A stretch of 64,000 nt of DNA from Acidobacteriota bacterium. Lineage in GTDB: Bacteria > Acidobacteriota > UBA6911 > RPQK01 > JAJDTT01. The stretch lies in assembly GCA_965263035.1 (NCBI GenBank), contig OZ253580.1, positions 2,752,001-2,816,000 on the forward strand, in the 5' to 3' direction. The position numbers and the translations under genes were made by a program. The notes under the pieces are model-generated. The model searched no databases, was not told the DNA's origin, and saw only the letters and a list, made by a program, of their open reading frames with translations. Below are positions 20,614 to 30,659 of the stretch, piece after piece. Position 1 is the first letter of the stretch, and every line of letters begins with the position of its first letter.

Positions 20614-22398
20614 TCATGCTTGCGGTTCCAACTGCAGCCGGTGCAGCCTGCGGTAAGAGGCGGAACGCTCCAACAGTGTATCGTGGTCTCCCACGTCCAC
20701 AATCCGCCCCTCCTCCATGAGTGCGATCCGATCCGCCAGGAGCACCGTCGACAAACGGTGAGCGATGACCAGGGCGGTCCTCTCCCGGAGGAGGTTCAGA
20801 AGTGCCTCCTGGACCAGCCGCTCCGACTCGGCGTCCAGGGCCGAGGTCGCCTCGTCCAGAATCAGGATCGAGGCATCCTTGACGAGCGCACGGGCAATGG
20901 CGACCCGCTGGCGCTGCCCCCCGGAGAGTCGAGCTCCCCGCTCGCCGATACGGGTTTCGTAGCCGGCGGGCAAGGTTTCGATAAAGTCATGGATGAATGC
21001 CATACGGGCCGCTCTTCTGACCTGGGCATCATCGCAGTCGGGGCGTCCGTACGCGATATTGTTTCGGATCGTGTCGTCGAACAGAAAGGTCTCCTGAGGG
21101 ACGAGGGCGATCTGCCGCCGCAGGGAACGGAGGGACGCCGTCCGGATGTCCGTACCGTCAATGGAGATCCGGCCCGAAGAAGGGTCATGGAAACGGGGAA
21201 GAAGGCTGGCCAGCGTACTCTTGCCGGCTCCGCTGGTCCCCACCAGTGCCAGGATCTCTCCGCGGGCCAGGTTCAGATTGATCTGACGGAGCACGGGAAC
21301 GTCGCCCTGCTCGTAGCGGAACGACACCTTCTCGAAGGCAATGGAGCGGGCGACCGGGTCGATTTCAATGGCCGCGGGGATGTCCGTCACGCCGACTCGA
21401 GAACCCAGCAAGTCGAAGATCCGGCTGGACGATGCGAACGCCTGTTGGAAGTGCAAGTGCATTCTGGAGAGCTTTCTGACCGGCTCATAGAGGCGAAACA
21501 GGGCCGCCAGGAAAACCACCAGGACCCCGATTCCCAGTCCTTCCTGAACCTGCCGGTTGGCGTAGAACAGGAAAGGCACGAAGGAAGCATACCCGAGGAA
21601 CTCGACCATGGGCGACGCCAGGGCCGAGAGCCGGGCCCCCTTGAGATTGGCGTCGACCAGATCTCCGATGGAACGGCGAAAGCGTTTCTTCTCGTAGTTC
21701 TCCATTCCGAACGCCTGGACGATCTTTTGACCAGCCAATGTCTCCTGCAACAATTGGGAAAGACGGGCCAGATTTTCCTGGCTCTCGTGGCTGACCCCCC
21801 GCATCTTCCGTCCCAGGCGTGCCGCCAATCCCAGCACCACCGGAGCCATGAGCAACGCCAGCAGGGACAACTGCCAATTGATGTAGAAGATCAGTCCCAG
21901 AAAGAACAACAAGAGGAAGACCTGACGCAGGAAATCAGTCAGGGACTTGCTGGCCGCTTCCAGCAATCGTTCCGTGTCGTTGAGCACCCGGGACATGAGC
22001 TGTCCGGTGGGTTGATCCGAGAAGAAGGCGGCGGACTGGTGAAGCAGGCGCCCGTAGAGGCGATTTCTCAAGAGAGCCACCACGTTCTGTCCACAGTAGC
22101 TCATGAGGTATTCGGCAAAATAGAGCAGGAACGCCTTGAGCAGGGACAACCCGACCAGGAGAAAGGCGATTCGGCGGAGGCTGCCCTCTCCCAGTCCCAT
22201 ATATTCCTGCAGAAAATCGAACTTGGTCTGGACCGCCCCAATCGTCTCTCCGGCGGGAGCCAACTGGTCGAAGATCGGCTTCAGGAGCACCGTGATGAAA
22301 CCGTCCAAGCCGCCGCTGACGAACAACAGCAGAAAGCCCAGCAGGAGCCAATGGGCCGTCGGCAGGATGTAGGGAATCAGCTTTCGCAGGTCCGACAC
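20614..22398 (-). CDS. msbA: MsbA-like ABC exporter (permease plus ATPase)
   Basis: TM domain then [33 protein letters not shown]; lipid A specificity is inferred. Confidence 0.75.
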   Translation of the reverse strand: MSDLRKLIPYILPTAHWLLLGFLLLFVSGGLDGFITVLLKPIFDQLAPAGETIGAVQTKFDFLQEYMGLGEGSLRRIAFLLVGLSLLKAFLLYFAEYLMSYCGQNVVALLRNRLYGRLLHQSAAFFSDQPTGQLMSRVLNDTERLLEAASKSLTDFLRQVFLLLFFLGLIFYINWQLSLLALLMAPVVLGLAARLGRKMRGVSHESQENLARLSQLLQETLAGQKIVQAFGMENYEKKRFRRSIGDLVDANLKGARLSALASPMVEFLGYASFVPFLFYANRQVQEGLGIGVLVVFLAALFRLYEPVRKLSRMHLHFQQAFASSSRIFDLLGSRVGVTDIPAAIEIDPVARSIAFEKVSFRYEQGDVPVLRQINLNLARGEILALVGTSGAGKSTLASLLPRFHDPSSGRISIDGTDIRTASLRSLRRQIALVPQETFLFDDTIRNNIAYGRPDCDDAQVRRAARMAFIHDFIETLPAGYETRIGERGARLSGGQRQRVAIARALVKDASILILDEATSALDAESERLVQEALLNLLRERTALVIAHRLSTVLLADRIALMEEGRIVDVGDHDTLLERSASYRRLHRLQLEPQA

Positions 22399-22416
22399 GC
22401 ATGAAGTCTAGCAAGC

Positions 22417-22614
22417 GGAGCGAGAAAAGCAGGAGAGAGAAAAGAGGAAAGAGTGAAGAGGACGTGTTTCTATCCTGACTTCGCCGGGGCCCGACGAGTA
22501 GGAGAGCTTCTTGCTCCCAAGTCCGACAGCTCGACCAAGAAGCAAATACCGGACCCGTAACCCCGCTGCCTCCTCTTTCTTTCTTTTCTCTCTCCTTTCT
22601 TCTCTTTCCTCTCC
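22417..22614. repeat. Heptamer-tract-bounded element, family C variant with a different core
   Basis: Shares AAAGAGGAAAGAGTGAAGA with 13066-13084; purine tract on the left, pyrimidine tract 22569-22614; unrelated interior. Confidence 0.55.
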
Positions 22615-22618
22615 GGCG

Positions 22619-23614
22619 TCACCACTTCCAGCCGGACTTCAGCTCGTCGTTGATGACCGCCCCTTCGGGCCAGTTGCCCTGGTTCAAGGTGATGATGCAC
22701 TGGGCGGCTTCCATTCCCATTGCGATCACCGAGGCCTCGTCGCATCCCGCCTGATGAGACGTGACCAGAACGTTTCCCATCCGCAGCAGGGGGTTGTCCG
22801 GATCCGGCGGCTCCTGCTCCAGGACGTCGAGTCCGGCAGCCCGAAGCCGGCCCGACCTCAAGGCCTCGAGCAAGTCCGTCTCCTTGACCAGTGGTCCACG
22901 GGCCGTGTTGATCAGAATGCTCCCCGGTTTCATCCGATCGAACGCCGCTCTTCCGAAGAAGTGCCGGGTCTGATCCGTCAGCGGACAGTGCAGGGTGATG
23001 AAATCCGAGCGCTCCAGAAGCTGCTCGAAGCTCAGCAATTCGATACCGTGTGCACCGACGAATTCCTGATCCGGAAAAATCTCGTGGGCGACCACCTTCA
23101 TTCCCAGCGGGATGGCCCGGACTGCGGTGCTGCGTCCGATCCGTCCCAGACCGACGATTCCCAAGGTTTTCCCCCTTACCGTGCCCAAGGGCTCCCGGGG
23201 CCATCTTCCGGCCGCGACTTGCCTGGAAGTGGGGATGATGGACCGGACGGTGGCCAGCAACAGGGTGATGGCGTGCTCGGCAACGGCCTCGTGATTGGCC
23301 GTGGGAGTCACCGTCACCGCCACTCCGCGGCGAGTGGCGGCCTCGACGTCCACCCGGTCGAAACCCACGCCGGCCCGGGCGATGACTCGGAGTTCCGGCA
23401 GCCCGTCCAGGACCGCAGGCGTGAAATATTCCCCGCCCGCGATGACGGCCTCCATTCCCTCCAGCTGACTGATGGCCTCCTGGTCACCGATCAGACCCAT
23501 GACCAACTCCGGGTTGGTGGGATAACGCACCTCGAAGCCGACCCGTTTCAGGAGGTCGGCATAGGGAGAGGGTCGATGCTGCATGCTGGTGGGCGTGATC
23601 ATCACTTTGGGCAT
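22619..23614 (-). CDS. D-2-hydroxyacid dehydrogenase (SerA-like)
   Basis: ARAGVGFD, GLGRIG, INTARG, GLDVLEQEP, TSHQAG. Confidence 0.88.
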   Translation of the reverse strand: MPKVMITPTSMQHRPSPYADLLKRVGFEVRYPTNPELVMGLIGDQEAISQLEGMEAVIAGGEYFTPAVLDGLPELRVIARAGVGFDRVDVEAATRRGVAVTVTPTANHEAVAEHAITLLLATVRSIIPTSRQVAAGRWPREPLGTVRGKTLGIVGLGRIGRSTAVRAIPLGMKVVAHEIFPDQEFVGAHGIELLSFEQLLERSDFITLHCPLTDQTRHFFGRAAFDRMKPGSILINTARGPLVKETDLLEALRSGRLRAAGLDVLEQEPPDPDNPLLRMGNVLVTSHQAGCDEASVIAMGMEAAQCIITLNQGNWPEGAVINDELKSGWKW

Positions 23615-23648
23615 GGTGTTTTCCTCGATGAATGGTCCGATTCAGGAT

Positions 23649-24899
23649 CTATTGAAAGCGTTCCGGTTCCAGGCGCGACAGGTCCTGGCTGACGCCCTCC
23701 TCGGCGGCCACTTCCGAGATCAGTTTTCCCGTGATGGGCCCCAGAGAGATGCCGATCGTGGCGTGGCCCGTCGCCAACAACAGGTTGTTCAGCTTCCGAG
23801 TCCGTCCGATGAAAGGAAGGCCGTCCGGGGTCAGCGGGCGCAGGCCTCTCCAGATCTCGTGGAGATCCAACTCTTCCAGACCGGTCAGATGGGCTCGGGC
23901 GGCCCGCAGGATGGCCCGGACCCGCGGCAGATTCACCGAAAGGTCCAGGCCGGCCAGTTCCAGGGTTCCACCGAAACGCAGCCTGTCCCCCATGGGAGTG
24001 GCGGCCACCTTGGCATCGGCCAGCATCAAAGGAACTCGCGGGGGGTTTGCGGGAGCCTTGACGGTCACGCTATATCCCTTGGCGGGCTGGACGGGGATGT
24101 CCAGCGCCACGGTTCGAGCGACCCGGGGAGACCAGGATCCGGCGGCAAGCACCACCTGTTCGGGCCGGAAATCCCCTCGGGTCGTCACCACCCGCGTGAC
24201 CCGAGTCCCGGAGGTCTTCATCTCCAGCACTTCGGTCCCGGTCCGCAAGACCGCGCCCGCGCGGCGGGCGCCTGCCGCCATCTGGTGGACGAATCGGTGC
24301 GGGATCAGATGAGCGTCGTCCGGAAAATGGATTCCGGCGATGATCGACGGACGCACATTCGGCTCCATCTCCCGGACTCGATGCGTGTCCAGCAGAGTGG
24401 ATTCGAGACCGAATTCTCTCAGGAGCCGAGCTTCTGCCAGGGCTTTGGCCAGAAGCGACTCGGATCGAAAGATCTGCAGCCAGCCCTGCTGCCGGAAACC
24501 GAACTCCAGTTCGCCTTGATCGGCCAGATCCCGATACAAATCCAAGCTGGCTTGCGAGAGATCCCGCAGAACGGGAACGCCCTTTCGCATGGGCTCCACC
24601 CTGGAAGCCTGTTGAAACCACCAGAGCCAGCGCACCAGGTCGAGATCGAAACGGGGCTTGATGTAGAAGGGGCTCACCGGGTCGAGCAACCATCGAAGGC
24701 CCTGGCTGAGCACTCCAGGCGCGGCCAGAGGGACCGAGTGGCTGGGGACGACCAGCCCCGAGTTCCCGTATGAACTCCCGGAACAGATCTCCCCTCTTTC
24801 GACCAGGGTGACGGCGCATCCCCGCTTTGCCAGATAGTAGGCGGAGCAGACGCCGATGACACCGCCGCCGATGACGAGAACATCGCTTTTCTCCGTCAT
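23649..24899 (-). CDS. FAD-dependent D-amino acid dehydrogenase (DadA-like)
   Basis: VIGGGVIG, SYGNSG, KGYS, WRGLRPLTPDGLP, TGH. Confidence 0.88.
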   Translation of the reverse strand: MTEKSDVLVIGGGVIGVCSAYYLAKRGCAVTLVERGEICSGSSYGNSGLVVPSHSVPLAAPGVLSQGLRWLLDPVSPFYIKPRFDLDLVRWLWWFQQASRVEPMRKGVPVLRDLSQASLDLYRDLADQGELEFGFRQQGWLQIFRSESLLAKALAEARLLREFGLESTLLDTHRVREMEPNVRPSIIAGIHFPDDAHLIPHRFVHQMAAGARRAGAVLRTGTEVLEMKTSGTRVTRVVTTRGDFRPEQVVLAAGSWSPRVARTVALDIPVQPAKGYSVTVKAPANPPRVPLMLADAKVAATPMGDRLRFGGTLELAGLDLSVNLPRVRAILRAARAHLTGLEELDLHEIWRGLRPLTPDGLPFIGRTRKLNNLLLATGHATIGISLGPITGKLISEVAAEEGVSQDLSRLEPERFQ

Positions 24900-24977
24900 C
24901 CTCTCTTCGTCCTCGATCTCGGAACCAACGCCCGCGCAAAGTACACCCGGGACGGTTGCGAGACAAGCCCCGTCGGT

Positions 24978-25156
24978 GAGGAAAGAGAAAAGAGGAAAGC
25001 TCCCGGCTGGGCTCCGGAAGATTCATGGAAGAAACAAGCCTTCGAACCAATCTGGCTCCAGAATCCTTAACCAGATCGTTTTCGGTAGAGGTGCCCGCTA
25101 CGCGTAAACTACGCGCCTTTCTTCACTCTTTGCTCTTTGCTCTTTGCTCTTTGCTC
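24978..25156 (+). repeat. Heptamer-tract-bounded element, family C copy 2
   Basis: Near-identical reverse complement of the 13075-13200 core; (TTTGCTC)x4 at 25129-25156. Confidence 0.8.
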
Positions 25157-25218
25157 GGTTTCTCAGAAGTCCCCCACCGGCCCCGGCCCGGCGCAATCCA
25201 ACCAGAAAAACGGGATGT

Positions 25219-25293
25219 CTGGGAGCAACAGCTTTCCAGCCGCCGGTTCCGCGTCGGCGATGAAGACGGGGACAAGAATGTCCTCGCTCCCAG
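25219..25293. repeat. REP-doublet-like inverted repeat
   Basis: CTGGGAGC...GCTCCCAG arms with internal GGACAAGAATGTCC palindrome; single copy in window. Confidence 0.4.
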
Positions 25294-25339
25294 GGTGCCC
25301 GTATTGTTTTTCTAGGAAGGAGGTTTTGATTCCCGTTCC

Positions 25340-26992
25340 TCAGTTTTTGATCCGCTGCAGCTTCTCGACGGCTCGCGGCAGCTCGTCGGTCTCGAAATGA
25401 GGCCAGGGGTGAGGCTCACCGTTGCCGTCCACTGCTTCGACCCCCGACCCGGGCCCCAGGACCTCCCCCACCGGGGTTGCCCGGATTCCCCGGTCTCCAA
25501 GTGCTTCCTGCAACCGCTCGCGGGAATCGGCCCGGCAGACGATGAGGAGGCTGCCGGAGCCGATGAGTCCCAGGGGATCGATGCCCAGCAGCCGGCAGAT
25601 CCGCGCCGTCTCGGGAAAGACGGGAACCTGGTGGATCCGGATTCGAATGCGGTGCCGCCCGGCATGGGTCAATTCCTCCAGGGCCGTGGAGACTCCCCCT
25701 TCGGTCACATCGTGGAGAGCCGAAACTCCTCCCGACTCCAGCACCGTCTCGGCCTCCTCCAGGACGCTGATCCCGGGCGAGAAGAGGAACTGCCCGCAAC
25801 GGGAGATTTCATCCGCCGGGACGCCCAGACTTTCCAGGGCCTGGGGGAACTCGCGGGCCAGGATGGCCGTCCCCTCCACCGCCAATGCCTTGGTCAGGAG
25901 GATCTGGTCTCCGCGCCGGATCCGCTTCTTGTCCAAGAGCCGGCTCCGCTTGGCTGTCCCCACCATCTGCCCCACTACGACCGTTTTGTTGACCGAGTCC
26001 GTGATCTCGGTGTGACCCCCGCAAAGGGTCACTTCCAGCCGGTCGCACCAGCACTGGAGACTCGCCATGAGCTGCGCGACCTGTTCGGCGGTGGTTCCCA
26101 GAGGAAACAGGAGGGTGGTCAGCAGCCAGCGCGGCGTGCCCCCGGACGTGGCCACGTCGTTGGCGTTGACCACCAGCGCGTAGTACCCCATCTCGTCGGT
26201 GGCGAAGGTGATGGGATCCGACTTCAGAATCAGGACCTCCTCCCCCCGCTCGAGCGCCACCGCGGCCGTATCCTCTCCAATCCCAGGACCGATGAGAAGC
26301 GAGGGGTCGGCCGGCTCCCTCTCGTCCAGGAACCGGGCCAGCATGCGGTTCGGAAGTTTCCCCGCCGCCAGGGGCAGCCTGTCGCGCACCAACGCTCCCA
26401 CTTGCGCCAGAGTCTCGACCACGTAGTCCGGAGTGAGAGTGTCGGGTGGTTCCATCCGGCTGTTGGTGAGAAAGACCGTGGGCGAGCCGGCTCGAAGGCC
26501 CGCGTCGATGTCGAAATGGAAATCTCCCACCACCAAGGTCTCGCCCTCACTGACTCCCATGGTACTGGCGGCGAGCCGGATCCCTGAGGGATGCGGTTTG
26601 GGCAAGACGTCGTCGTCCCTGGAGATGATGACGTCGAAATCGGAGGGGCCGATGGAGGGAAAGTTCTCCAGGGCACGGACCACCGCGGCACGGCTGTTGC
26701 GACTGACGACGGCCAGCGGTAGACCCTTTTCCTGCAGCTCCCGAATCAGTTCCTCGGCTCCGTCGTTGGGGCGGGATCGGGCTGCGCCCTCCATCTCGAA
26801 GCGGTGGAGGACACGCAAGCATCGCCGGCGCCGGTCCGGAGGTAGTCCCTGGATATATTCCAATATGGGGGCCCCGGCCGGACTGGACAGTTCCTCCCGC
26901 AGCCGTTGGAAGTCGAGAGAACCAGGACGGGTGAGCGTGCCGTCGAAATCGAAGAGAATCGCCCGAATGGTCCGAATCGGCGTTGCCTTCAC
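25340..26992 (-). CDS. HAD-family phosphatase fused to PurM/AIR-synthase-like domain
   Basis: FDFDGTL, SRN, KPHP, GDFHFD (HAD) followed by GEDTA, DPIT, NANDVA, GGHTE, HDVTEGG (PurM-like); GTGA overlap with amidase stop. Confidence 0.85.
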   Translation of the reverse strand: MKATPIRTIRAILFDFDGTLTRPGSLDFQRLREELSSPAGAPILEYIQGLPPDRRRRCLRVLHRFEMEGAARSRPNDGAEELIRELQEKGLPLAVVSRNSRAAVVRALENFPSIGPSDFDVIISRDDDVLPKPHPSGIRLAASTMGVSEGETLVVGDFHFDIDAGLRAGSPTVFLTNSRMEPPDTLTPDYVVETLAQVGALVRDRLPLAAGKLPNRMLARFLDEREPADPSLLIGPGIGEDTAAVALERGEEVLILKSDPITFATDEMGYYALVVNANDVATSGGTPRWLLTTLLFPLGTTAEQVAQLMASLQCWCDRLEVTLCGGHTEITDSVNKTVVVGQMVGTAKRSRLLDKKRIRRGDQILLTKALAVEGTAILAREFPQALESLGVPADEISRCGQFLFSPGISVLEEAETVLESGGVSALHDVTEGGVSTALEELTHAGRHRIRIRIHQVPVFPETARICRLLGIDPLGLIGSGSLLIVCRADSRERLQEALGDRGIRATPVGEVLGPGSGVEAVDGNGEPHPWPHFETDELPRAVEKLQRIKN

Positions 26993-28257
26993 TCGCCTTC
27001 TCTGCGTCGGGACGCCGTCTGCCAATCGAGTCTCAGAGGATGTCTCCGGGAAAATTCGAAGACGGATTCCATTTCTCTTCCGATGGCCAACAGGTCCGCC
27101 TCCCGATTCGGGGGCGCCACCAACTGGAGGCCCAGGGGAAGTCCCGACTGAGAGAGGCAATAGGGCAGAGTCAGCGTGGGCAGTCCCGTATAGGTCCAGA
27201 TCAGGCTGAAGCGAGGATCTCCGGGGGCCCCGATTCCAGCCGGCGCCCCTCCCGGAGCCGATGGACACAAAAGCACATGGAAATCAGCAAAAAGGCGTTC
27301 GGTCTCCTCCCGGACGCGCTCCCGGTGGCGCTGGATCCGCTCCAATTCCGACGTTTCGATCCTCCCGCCTCTCTGAATCAGGGCGCTCAGCTTGGGAGGA
27401 TAGGACTCTCCAAAGTCCCGGAAGAGGCTGCGGTGCACCACCGAGGCTTCAGCTGTCACCAGCGTCCAGTGGTTGTCGAAGGCTTCCTCGCAGCAGGAAG
27501 GCAGTTCGGCGGAAGACGGCTGGAAGCTCTCCGATTCCAGCCGCCGTCCAGCCTGCTCCAAGGCCGCGAGCATCTCCGGGTCGGCGGCCTCCACCCGCAG
27601 ATCGGGCAGCAGACCGACCCGAACCGGTGACGCCGGCGGCGCCGGCGACTCGCCCGTCAGAGCCTGGTACGCCACCAGGGCATCGGAAACATCAGCCGTA
27701 AAAAATCCGAGGGTGTCGAAGCTGGGAGAGAAGGGGAAGACTCCTTCGATGGGAATCCGGCCATAGGACGGCTTCAAACCCACGACCCCGCAATAGCTGG
27801 CAGGCCGGTTGACGGAGGCGACCGTCTGACTTCCCAATCCCAAGCGGATCATCCCGCAGGCGACGGCTGCTGCCGAGCCGCTGCTGGAGCCGCCCGGAGT
27901 GTGATCGGGGTTCCAGGGGTTTCGGGTGGGTCCGGGATCGAAGAAGGCGAAGGTGGTGGTCACCGTCTTGCTGAGGACGAAGGCGCCGCGGGCTCGGAGG
28001 GCCTCGACCACGGCGGCGTCTCGGGAGGCGGGGCGCCAGGGAATGAAATCGGCGTTGGAGCGCGTCGCCATGCCCTCCACGTCCACGATGTCCTTCACTC
28101 CCAGGGACCATCCCGCCAACGGGCCCGATCCGGCCTCGGAGAAGCGTCTTCGGGCGGCCGCCTCCTTCCAGTCCACCAGGGCCTGCACTCGCGGCTCCCA
28201 CACCCGAACCGCCTCCAACCGGGATTCAAACTCCTTCGGATCGCTTCCCAGAGTCAT
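26989..28257 (-). CDS. Amidase signature family protein
   Basis: VKD, TPGGSSSGSAAAVA, GSQT.AS..RPASYCG. Confidence 0.9.
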   Translation of the reverse strand: MTLGSDPKEFESRLEAVRVWEPRVQALVDWKEAAARRRFSEAGSGPLAGWSLGVKDIVDVEGMATRSNADFIPWRPASRDAAVVEALRARGAFVLSKTVTTTFAFFDPGPTRNPWNPDHTPGGSSSGSAAAVACGMIRLGLGSQTVASVNRPASYCGVVGLKPSYGRIPIEGVFPFSPSFDTLGFFTADVSDALVAYQALTGESPAPPASPVRVGLLPDLRVEAADPEMLAALEQAGRRLESESFQPSSAELPSCCEEAFDNHWTLVTAEASVVHRSLFRDFGESYPPKLSALIQRGGRIETSELERIQRHRERVREETERLFADFHVLLCPSAPGGAPAGIGAPGDPRFSLIWTYTGLPTLTLPYCLSQSGLPLGLQLVAPPNREADLLAIGREMESVFEFSRRHPLRLDWQTASRRREGE

Positions 28258-28328
28258 GACACTCACTCCAGTCGAATTTGTTGTCGAAATCCGCGCATCA
28301 GTATGCCCGGGAGTCCCCACCTGCGCTA

Positions 28329-29330
28329 CTACTCTCTTTTCTCGTGAGAGGCGGGCGACTCCCCTCCGGACCGAATCGTTTCCACCAGCCAAGAGTCCAG
28401 CATCAGTTGGCCCACATGATAGAGCACACAGGGAATGGGCACGAGGCCGAAGCCGGGCAGGAACTCGGTCGAAACGTACAGGGCCGCCGGCAGTGTCTTC
28501 TGGGAACCGCAGAAGAGCAGAGCTGTCCGGTCTTCCCGATTCCAGCCCAGGATCCCTCCCAGGCTCCAGCAGAGTGCCGCGGCGGCGCCATGAACCGCGA
28601 CGGTGATCAGGCCGACCGCGGCCAACTCCCAACTGGACATTTCCCCTCGTCCCGCTTCCACGTCGGTGACCCCGGAGACGACGGCGCCGGACACGGCCAA
28701 CAGGATCAGGAGACGGGAGGCGTTGGACAGAGTCCTGGCGTATCGATGCACGATTCGAACCACGGGGCCGGCCAGACGCAGACCCTGACCCAGTGCCAAT
28801 GGCGCCAGCACCACCAGTGCGAATCCCCCCATCATCTCTTCCAGGCTCAGTGTCATGAAGGTCCCGATGGTGAGAAACAGGATCAGCGGGGTGAGGAGAA
28901 ACCCCAGGCCGTTACTGGTCACCACCATCACCAGAGCCAGGGCGGCGTTGCCCCGGGCCATGCGGGTCCAGATGATGCTGGAGGCCAAGGTGGTGGGCAT
29001 GGCGCTGATCACCAGGACCCCCAGGGCCAGGCTCCGGTTGGTCTCCAGCAGGAGTCGCGAGGCACCGAAACCAAGGACCGCCACGACCGCATAGCCGATG
29101 AGCACCCCGGAGAGGACCCGGCCCGGTACGCGCAAGGAGTTGAGGATCCTGCGTCCGTCCAGAGTCAGACCGTTGATCAGCATGACTGCGGCCACGTTCC
29201 GGCCCGGATCGACGAACGTATGGAGCGGACGGAGGGCCTCGGGCCAATAGATGGGGGCGGCGACGGCGAACGCCAGCGCCAGCAGAAACCAATGTCTGGT
29301 CAGGAAGGGTGAGGCGGTCCAGCTACCCAC
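28329..29330 (-). CDS. Bile acid:sodium symporter family transporter
   Basis: Hydrophobic; PTTLASS..WT..ARGN, CGSQKTLP, YH..QL motifs; start inferred. Confidence 0.85.
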   Translation of the reverse strand: MGSWTASPFLTRHWFLLALAFAVAAPIYWPEALRPLHTFVDPGRNVAAVMLINGLTLDGRRILNSLRVPGRVLSGVLIGYAVVAVLGFGASRLLLETNRSLALGVLVISAMPTTLASSIIWTRMARGNAALALVMVVTSNGLGFLLTPLILFLTIGTFMTLSLEEMMGGFALVVLAPLALGQGLRLAGPVVRIVHRYARTLSNASRLLILLAVSGAVVSGVTDVEAGRGEMSSWELAAVGLITVAVHGAAAALCWSLGGILGWNREDRTALLFCGSQKTLPAALYVSTEFLPGFGLVPIPCVLYHVGQLMLDSWLVETIRSGGESPASHEKRE

Positions 29331-30447
29331 CCAGATAGAGTTCCGTCGGATGGGAATTGAGCTGCTGGGGACCGCTTTCCGTGAGCCAGTAGGTGTTCTC
29401 GATCCGGAGGCCGCCCTGCAGCTCCGGGTTGTAGAAACCGGGCTCGATGGAGATGACGTCGCCGAGTCGAAGGATGTGATGGCTGTCCGGGACCAGGCGT
29501 GGGTTCTCGTGCCCCCCCATCCCGACGCCGTGACCCAGATGGTGCCAGAAGGTGCCGGCGGAAAGCGGGTCCCGCTCCAGGAACGCGCGAATCGTCGCAT
29601 ACGCCTCGCGCGCGGGGCGGCCCGGCTCCAGCAAGCTCTCGGCCAGTTCGAGCGCCGCCGTGACGATCTCCCAACCCCGCCGCTGCGGGGCCGAGGGGGG
29701 ACCGACGGTGAGGCTTCTGCAGAGGTCCGCTCCATATCCCCAGCACTCGGGAAAGAGATCGTAGGGACTGAGATCCCCCGCCTCCAACCTCCGGTCGATG
29801 GGTGGACCGCCACTGCTCGTGCTTCGCGGTCCCGTGGCAAAATCGCCGCCGACCCGGATGGGCTCCCCGGCGTTTTCGATCATGGCGGAAACGATCTCGA
29901 TGTAGACCTCCAGTTCCGAGCGGCCCGGCGACAGAACTTCCCGCGCTCTGACGTAGCCCGCCTCGGCCACCCCGGCGACTCGTTTCAGGACTTCGACCTC
30001 GTCCGGGTCCCTCCGGCGTCTCAGATCGTCCAGCTCCGGAGAGATGTCCCGCACCCGCGAAGCCTGGAAGAGGTCCCCCAACAGTTCCAACACCAACCCG
30101 TTCGACGCCTCCTTGTCGGTCCCGATGGAGGGGGCCGATCGGCCTTTGAGCCTGGGCGCCAGAGCTTCCACGGCTTCCATCCAGGGCCGGTCCAGGACCC
30201 GCTTGGGCGAATAGCTCTCGAAGGGCACCACCTCGGCTCGGGCCGGGGCCTGCTGGGAGTCGGTGGCCAGCATAGGAGTCCCCTGAGGTTCGATCCAGAG
30301 GAGGACCGGATGACCGGGATCGACCACCACGGACTGGAAATGACGGACGTTTCTCGAGTCGGTGAGAAGAAGCGCATCCCATTTCCGCTCCTCCATCAAC
30401 CGCCGGACACGTCCCAAGCGCCCTATGCAGCCTGCTGTCGTCAACAT
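29323..30447 (-). CDS. M24 family Xaa-Pro peptidase-like protein
   Basis: D..GYGAD.CRS, HHLGHGVG, SIEPG, RIEN metal ligands; start inferred. Confidence 0.85.
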   Translation of the reverse strand: MLTTAGCIGRLGRVRRLMEERKWDALLLTDSRNVRHFQSVVVDPGHPVLLWIEPQGTPMLATDSQQAPARAEVVPFESYSPKRVLDRPWMEAVEALAPRLKGRSAPSIGTDKEASNGLVLELLGDLFQASRVRDISPELDDLRRRRDPDEVEVLKRVAGVAEAGYVRAREVLSPGRSELEVYIEIVSAMIENAGEPIRVGGDFATGPRSTSSGGPPIDRRLEAGDLSPYDLFPECWGYGADLCRSLTVGPPSAPQRRGWEIVTAALELAESLLEPGRPAREAYATIRAFLERDPLSAGTFWHHLGHGVGMGGHENPRLVPDSHHILRLGDVISIEPGFYNPELQGGLRIENTYWLTESGPQQLNSHPTELYLGG

Positions 30448-30659
30448 GGTTTCAGGCACCTTATTGTATCGGAGCCAGGTCCAAAAGTCGCCGTAGCAGC
30501 CGGCCTGTAGCCCGGCTCTCACTTCCCTCCATTCGACCCGTTCGCCTCCACCGCCGAATGGGACCCGCCGACCACGAAGTCTACTCTACGCCTTCACGTC
30601 TCTGACTCCTTTTCCCAACTGGAGTTCTGCCCTGGGCTGCTATAGACTTGGTTGCCGTC

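Noticed and set aside
28290-28320. GTATG..CCGGGAGT resembling the MITE-A apical loop
   Set aside because: Match too short, with no arms
30493-30517. GTAG-led palindrome AGCCGG/CCGGCT, REP-like
   Set aside because: Single short copy and no RAYT gene in the window
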